Translations under genes and position numbers: made by a program
In this document: positions 27,683 through 32,000 of the stretch, one piece after another
Layout: every line of letters starts with the position of its first letter
Position numbering within the stretch: the stretch's first letter is position 1
The notes under the pieces: generated by a model
Database searches by the model: none
Seen by the model: only the letters and a program-made list of their open reading frames with translations
What the model was told of the DNA's origin: nothing
Origin: Ktedonobacterales bacterium
GTDB lineage: Bacteria > Chloroflexota > Ktedonobacteria > Ktedonobacterales > JADMIN01
Assembly: GCA_030167145.1 (NCBI GenBank)
Contig: CP126532.1
Coordinates: forward strand, 1-32,000
DNA length: 32,000 nucleotides
Reading direction: 5' to 3'

Positions 27683-30070
27683 TCAATTGCGTAGCGGTTT
27701 GCCCGTCTTAAGGATTGCTTCTATACGTTCCTGTGTCTTTGGCATGCCGCACAGGCTTAGGAAAGCCTCGCGCTCCAAATCGAGAATGCGTTGCTCAGTA
27801 AGCTCATCCAGCGGAGAGCAATCACCGCCGGTCAGCACATAGGCCAATTTGCCCGCGATTACGGCATCGTGCTCGCTCGCCTTGCCCTGTAACCGAAGGT
27901 TGTCCGCCACCTGTTCGAGTACCAGCCGCCCGCCTGCGCCAGGCAGATGGAATGTTGATGGGGTAACCGGCCGCCATTCTCCCCGATCCCTCGCATCCGC
28001 CAGCGCGAGCGCATCGTCCTTCGCGTCGGCTAGCAGTCGCTCGCGATCCAGCGTAACATTGTCTGATGTGCGAAGGAAACCATACTGTTGGGCGTCAAAG
28101 GCGCTCGTGGCCACTGTCGCTACCGCAATGATCTCGAAGGCATGGCGTGATGCCGCGAACGGGCCACCCTCGCGTGCCATAGACTGCCAGCGAACGAGCA
28201 TCTCTTTGCATCCCCCACCTGCCGGAATCAGCCCGACTCCTACTTCGACCAGACCAAGATAGGTCTCTGCTGCCGCGCGAACACGTTGCCCGTGCAGAGC
28301 GATTTCGCATCCGCCGCCCAGCGCCCGGCCCGCAGGTGCAACCACTGTTGGCACCGTGCTGTATTTAAGCGCCTGATGCGCCTGCTGGAGAGTGCTGAGC
28401 GCTCTGTCAATCAATGGCCACTGGCGCATCTTCGCAGCCATCAGCACTTGCGCGACATTCGCGCCCGCAGAGAAGTCCGGTGCCTCATTCCCGATAACTA
28501 GCGCACGCCAGTTCTGCTGAGCCTCCTCGACGCCGGTCTTCAGCATCGCCGTTAGATCGTCGTCAATCGTGTTCATCTTTGAATGAAATTCGAGGCCAAG
28601 CACGCCATCACCCAGGTCAATCAGTGATGCGCTGCGGTTGCTCTTGACTACTTTCCCCGCCTTCTTCAGTGGCGAAAGGCTGAGGTGTGGACCTGTCATA
28701 GGAACTGGTTGGTATGTACCGCTCAGGAAGTTGAAATATTGGCGTTCGGGCGTCTCCATATAGAAGCGGCCCGTGCCGTTGCCCAGCACGCGAGCTACCA
28801 ACGGCGGCAGTCTTCGACCCTCCGCAGTCATGCGCTTTGCCAGCGCCTCCACACCTAGCGCATCCCAGGTCTCGAAGGGGCCAGCATCCCAGTTGAAGCC
28901 CCAGCGCATCGCCCGGTCAATATTCACAATGTCGTCGGCAATCTCTTCGGCGACAGTGGCGGAGTAAAGCAGCATATCTGCGGTCAGCTCCCAGGCGAGA
29001 GTGCCCGCCCGGTCAGTCGCGTCAATTACGGTGCGCACGCGCTCTGCTACATCAGGATTACCCTTTACCGAATCCAGCGAGGAGAAATGCACTGAATCCT
29101 GTGCGCGGTACTCTAGCGTCGCCGGGTCGAGCACCAGTATCTCGCTTCTGCCAGCATCGTCCTTCGTCTTCTTGTAGAATCCCTGACCCATCTTATCGCC
29201 TACCCAGCCACGTTTCACCATCTCGCTTACGAACTGCGGCATGCGGAATAACTCGCGTTGAGGGTCATTCGGCAGATTCTCGTACAAGTTGTCGGCGACA
29301 TGTGTCAGAGTATCAATGCCAGCGATGTCAGCAGTACGGAATGCTGCAGATTTGGGACGGCCCATAGCTGGGCCAAGAACGGCATCCACCTCCTCGATCT
29401 TGTAGCCTTCATTCAGCATCCGGTGGATTGTTGTCATAAAGCCAAAGGTGCCGATCCGATTGCCAATGAAGTTCGGCCGGTCCTTGCAATAGACCACGCC
29501 CTTGCCGAGCCGATTTGCGCCGAACTCACCCATGTAGCGCATCAGTTCCGGGTCGGTCTCAGGTCCGGCGACTAGCTCCAGTAGCTTCAAGAACCGGACT
29601 GGGTTGAAGAAGTGCGTCACCAGAAAGTGACGCCTGAAGTCATCATTACGTCCCTCAAGCAGCATGGTTGCGGGCAAACCAGAAGTGTTAGATGTGATAA
29701 TGCTGCCAGGTCGGCGCACTCGCTCTATGCGGGCGTACAGATCTTGTTTCACTTCCAGACGCTCGAAGACCGCTTCACAGATCCAATCAGCCTCGCCGAG
29801 AAAAGCCAGATCGTCCTCTATGTTGCCAATGCTTACCAGCCTAGCCGCTTTTGGCGTGAAGAATGCCGAAGCCGGCTTTGCTTTCACTGCCCGCTCCAGA
29901 CCAGTTTGCGCCACTTTGTTGCGAGCAGTGCGGTCCGTGCTGTCTTTCGCATCTGGTGGCACAATATCGAGTAGCATCACTGGGACTCCAACGTTCGCGA
30001 GCAGCGCCGCGATTCCAGCACCCATGATGCCCGCACCGATCACCGCCGCGCGTTGTATGCTGTAGCTCAT
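27683..30070 (-). CDS. fadN: Bifunctional 3-hydroxyacyl-CoA dehydrogenase / enoyl-CoA hydratase (FadN-like, dehydrogenase N-terminal)
   Basis: 795 aa. It has the NAD-binding AAVIGAGIMGAGIAALLA, 3HCDH motifs (TSNTSGL, HFFNPV) and a C-terminal crotonase-fold region (ALGGGCEIAL). GGGAGG lies upstream of the ATG. It is the last gene of the operon. Confidence 0.9.
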   Translation of the reverse strand: MSYSIQRAAVIGAGIMGAGIAALLANVGVPVMLLDIVPPDAKDSTDRTARNKVAQTGLERAVKAKPASAFFTPKAARLVSIGNIEDDLAFLGEADWICEAVFERLEVKQDLYARIERVRRPGSIITSNTSGLPATMLLEGRNDDFRRHFLVTHFFNPVRFLKLLELVAGPETDPELMRYMGEFGANRLGKGVVYCKDRPNFIGNRIGTFGFMTTIHRMLNEGYKIEEVDAVLGPAMGRPKSAAFRTADIAGIDTLTHVADNLYENLPNDPQRELFRMPQFVSEMVKRGWVGDKMGQGFYKKTKDDAGRSEILVLDPATLEYRAQDSVHFSSLDSVKGNPDVAERVRTVIDATDRAGTLAWELTADMLLYSATVAEEIADDIVNIDRAMRWGFNWDAGPFETWDALGVEALAKRMTAEGRRLPPLVARVLGNGTGRFYMETPERQYFNFLSGTYQPVPMTGPHLSLSPLKKAGKVVKSNRSASLIDLGDGVLGLEFHSKMNTIDDDLTAMLKTGVEEAQQNWRALVIGNEAPDFSAGANVAQVLMAAKMRQWPLIDRALSTLQQAHQALKYSTVPTVVAPAGRALGGGCEIALHGQRVRAAAETYLGLVEVGVGLIPAGGGCKEMLVRWQSMAREGGPFAASRHAFEIIAVATVATSAFDAQQYGFLRTSDNVTLDRERLLADAKDDALALADARDRGEWRPVTPSTFHLPGAGGRLVLEQVADNLRLQGKASEHDAVIAGKLAYVLTGGDCSPLDELTEQRILDLEREAFLSLCGMPKTQERIEAILKTGKPLRN

Positions 30071-30081
30071 CGCGGACCTCC

Positions 30082-31272
30082 CTAGAGCCGCTCGACGATC
30101 GTCGCGACGCCCTGACCGCCACCAACACAGAGCGTTGCCATGCCCAGGCGCCCGCCAATCGTTTCCAAATCGTTGAGCAGTGTGGCGATCAGCCGCGCTC
30201 CAGAACAGCCGAGTGGATGGCCGAGTGCGATGGCGCCGCCATGTGGGTTCAGCTTTTCCTCATCAATACCCAACTCGCGGATAACCGCCAACGACTGCGC
30301 GGCAAATGCCTCGTTCAGCTCGATGATGTCAATATCCGAGAGTTGTAGGTTTGCGCGCTTCAGCGCTTTATGCACTGCCTTCACAGGTCCTATGCCCATA
30401 ATCTCTGGCGCAACACCCGTCACCGCCATCGAGAGTACACGCGCTATTGCTGGAATACCCAACTCGCGTGCCTTCTCTGCAGACATCAGGACAGTCGCCG
30501 AAGCGCCATCGTTCAATGGGCTGCTGTTACCAGCCGTTACTGTGCCACCCGCAAGGAATGCCGGCTCTAGCGTTGCAAGTCGTTCAAGCGAGGTATCGCG
30601 ACGCGGCCCCTCGTCGGTGGTGAAGGCTGTGCCGTCGGGCAACAGCACAGGCACAATTTCCTTCGCCATTACGCCGCTATCAATCGCGGCGATAGCACGC
30701 TGGTGGCTGCGCAATGCGAACTTATCCTGCTCCTCACGCGTGATGCCATATTGGCGCGCCAGGTTTTCTGCTGTCATCCCCATCGGGATGTACGATTGCC
30801 CAAACTCTGTTGAACGTTTTCCAGGCAAACCACAGATCTCAATGCCCTCGGCATTGTTGATCAGCTTTGGATTGAAACTCGGATTAAATCCGCCCATTGG
30901 CACTCGCGACATACTCTCGACGCCGCCCGCGATTAACACGTCACCCTGGCCAAGCATCAACGCCTGCGCCGCCATGTTGAACGCTTGTAGGCTGCTTGCG
31001 CAGAAGCGATTGACGGTTGTGCCACCTGCGTCCACTGGCAGACCTGCCAGCGCCGTCACGATGCGGGCAAGGTTCATGCCCTGCTCGCCTTCAGGAAACG
31101 CGCAGCCGATGATCACATCCTCAAGTAGGGATACGTCGAGATTGGGCACGCGCTCTGCCGCACCACGCACTGCGACTGCCGCCAGGTCATCTCCGCGCAC
31201 GACACGAAGCGCACCTTTATTTGCCCGTCCGATTGGCGTTCGGACGGCGCTCACGATTACTGCATCAGGCAT
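30082..31272 (-). CDS. fadA: Acetyl-CoA acyltransferase (3-ketoacyl-CoA thiolase)
   Basis: 396 aa. It has the active-site Cys context NRFCASSLQA, the C-terminal GHPLGCSGARL and CVGGGQG. An 11-nt gap separates it from the downstream fadN-like gene. Confidence 0.9.
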   Translation of the reverse strand: MPDAVIVSAVRTPIGRANKGALRVVRGDDLAAVAVRGAAERVPNLDVSLLEDVIIGCAFPEGEQGMNLARIVTALAGLPVDAGGTTVNRFCASSLQAFNMAAQALMLGQGDVLIAGGVESMSRVPMGGFNPSFNPKLINNAEGIEICGLPGKRSTEFGQSYIPMGMTAENLARQYGITREEQDKFALRSHQRAIAAIDSGVMAKEIVPVLLPDGTAFTTDEGPRRDTSLERLATLEPAFLAGGTVTAGNSSPLNDGASATVLMSAEKARELGIPAIARVLSMAVTGVAPEIMGIGPVKAVHKALKRANLQLSDIDIIELNEAFAAQSLAVIRELGIDEEKLNPHGGAIALGHPLGCSGARLIATLLNDLETIGGRLGMATLCVGGGQGVATIVERL

Positions 31273-31296
31273 GGTATTACTTCCTCTCGTTCTCGC

Positions 31297-31752
31297 TTAG
31301 ACTCCGGGTTGCAGCATAACCCAGGTTACTTCCAGCTCGGTTGTGACGGCCCCCTCACTGTTCACCAGTTGTACCGGCAGCGTGAAACGTGCGCGTGCAG
31401 TCTGGTGCAGTTCTATGCGGATGTGATCTTGTTCCTCGGCAGGAAGCCTCGCGATGGCTCGCAGATCGCCGCTGCTGGGCTTACGATAGTGAATCGCCGC
31501 ATCTGCTAGCACAGGCACATATCCCTGCGCCTGATACTCGGCGAATGCAGCAAGAATGAGTGCTCCCGCCGCCACTTCGCCCAGCCCGAACTGCGCTACC
31601 GCGTGGACCGTACCAACATGATTGAGCCGCTCAGGCGCTGCTGGAAGCAGCGCCTCTGCCTGCTCTGATCCCACCGATGTAACCCGCGCCCCGACCATAC
31701 GGCTGAACGGAACTGCTTCGTCTAGCAGGCGGTTGATGCTCTCGACATCCAT
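31297..31752 (-). CDS. Hotdog-fold thioesterase (PaaI / DUF4442-like)
   Basis: 151 aa. NHVGTVHAVAQFGLGEVAAG and the overall size and pattern are typical of PaaI/DUF4442 hotdog proteins. It is tightly packed between the partial upstream gene (15-nt gap) and the thiolase (24-nt gap). Confidence 0.7.
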   Translation of the reverse strand: MDVESINRLLDEAVPFSRMVGARVTSVGSEQAEALLPAAPERLNHVGTVHAVAQFGLGEVAAGALILAAFAEYQAQGYVPVLADAAIHYRKPSSGDLRAIARLPAEEQDHIRIELHQTARARFTLPVQLVNSEGAVTTELEVTWVMLQPGV

Positions 31753-31767
31753 TCCAAGGGCCTTTCG

Positions 31768-32000
31768 CTACTTCAATGGATAGCCGTTGCGCTCAGAAAC
31801 GATACCCGCAAGCTCGCGCTGCAGTGGCACGATGTCTGTGTCGGCATCGCCCAGGTATCGCCGCACTTTGGCGATTTCTTCTCGCCGCTCATCGCCCTCG
31901 AAGGCCATGGTTAAAACGCCTTCCATCGCCATACGTGTCTCTGGCAGCAGTCGCAAGGTGGCTATTTGCGCCAACAGCTCATGCGTGTGGGCATCAACAC
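31768..32000 (-). CDS. C-terminal fragment of an unidentified protein, the first visible gene of the beta-oxidation operon (possibly the C-terminal domain of an acyl-CoA dehydrogenase)
   Basis: The complement frame stays open to the window edge (...VDAHTHELLAQIATLRLLPETRMAMEG...NGYPLK*). The TTG start used by the ORF track at 31974 is internal. The functional guess rests only on operon context. Confidence 0.35.
   Translation of the reverse strand, partial: VDAHTHELLAQIATLRLLPETRMAMEGVLTMAFEGDERREEIAKVRRYLGDADTDIVPLQRELAGIVSERNGYPLK

Noticed and set aside
30140-31300. A 386-aa ORF on the plus strand, among the longest ORFs in the track that I left unassigned.
   Set aside because: It is entirely antisense to the well-supported thiolase gene. 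Its composition is Ser/Ala/Pro/Arg-rich and low-complexity, typical of the stop-poor antisense frame of GC-rich genes, and it has no SD. The same reasoning applies to 15558-16400(-), 7137-7901(+), 1401-1928(+), 2131-2658(-), 8265-8861(+), 8704-9204(+), 20649-21188(-), 21664-22230(-) and 22522-22971(-).

Overview
This window reads as a densely packed core-housekeeping chromosomal segment of a moderately GC-rich bacterium that uses strong GGAGG-type Shine-Dalgarno (SD) sites. The gene content would fit a Chloroflexota or other Terrabacteria-type genome, but I cannot verify that without a database search. About 25 protein genes are supportable. Left to right they are: htpX (partial), a small hypothetical, a SAM methyltransferase, tatA and tatC, an aldo/keto reductase, a UbiA-family (DPPR-synthase-like) prenyltransferase, accA and accD, ftsY, a small zinc-ribbon protein, lon, a CoA-binding protein, mutS-mutL, glpD, a tightly coupled m5U-RNA-methyltransferase/maf/gluQ cluster followed by a DUF255 thioredoxin-domain gene, gyrB, and a convergent beta-oxidation operon (partial upstream gene, hotdog thioesterase, thiolase, FadN-like dehydrogenase/hydratase). 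I saw no rRNA, intact tRNA, CRISPR array, transposase, integrase, phage gene, toxin-antitoxin pair or recognisable defence gene. I do not find a convincing undescribed multi-gene system, so this looks like an ordinary region. The items worth a second look are small-scale. (1) A 26-codon upstream ORF carries the only good SD and has an ATGA stop/start overlap onto the canonical mutS start. (2) Two unusually long (about 530-580 nt) non-coding gaps lie upstream of gyrB and lon and contain stem-loops and promoter-like elements but no recognisable RNA family. (3) An m5U methyltransferase is translationally coupled to Maf. (4) A G9 homopolymer lies inside the prenyltransferase gene. (5) There are two small uncharacterised proteins. 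Several ORF-track starts appear too far upstream and were trimmed using SD position and conserved N-termini. All promoter, terminator and RNA-structure calls are by-eye predictions.
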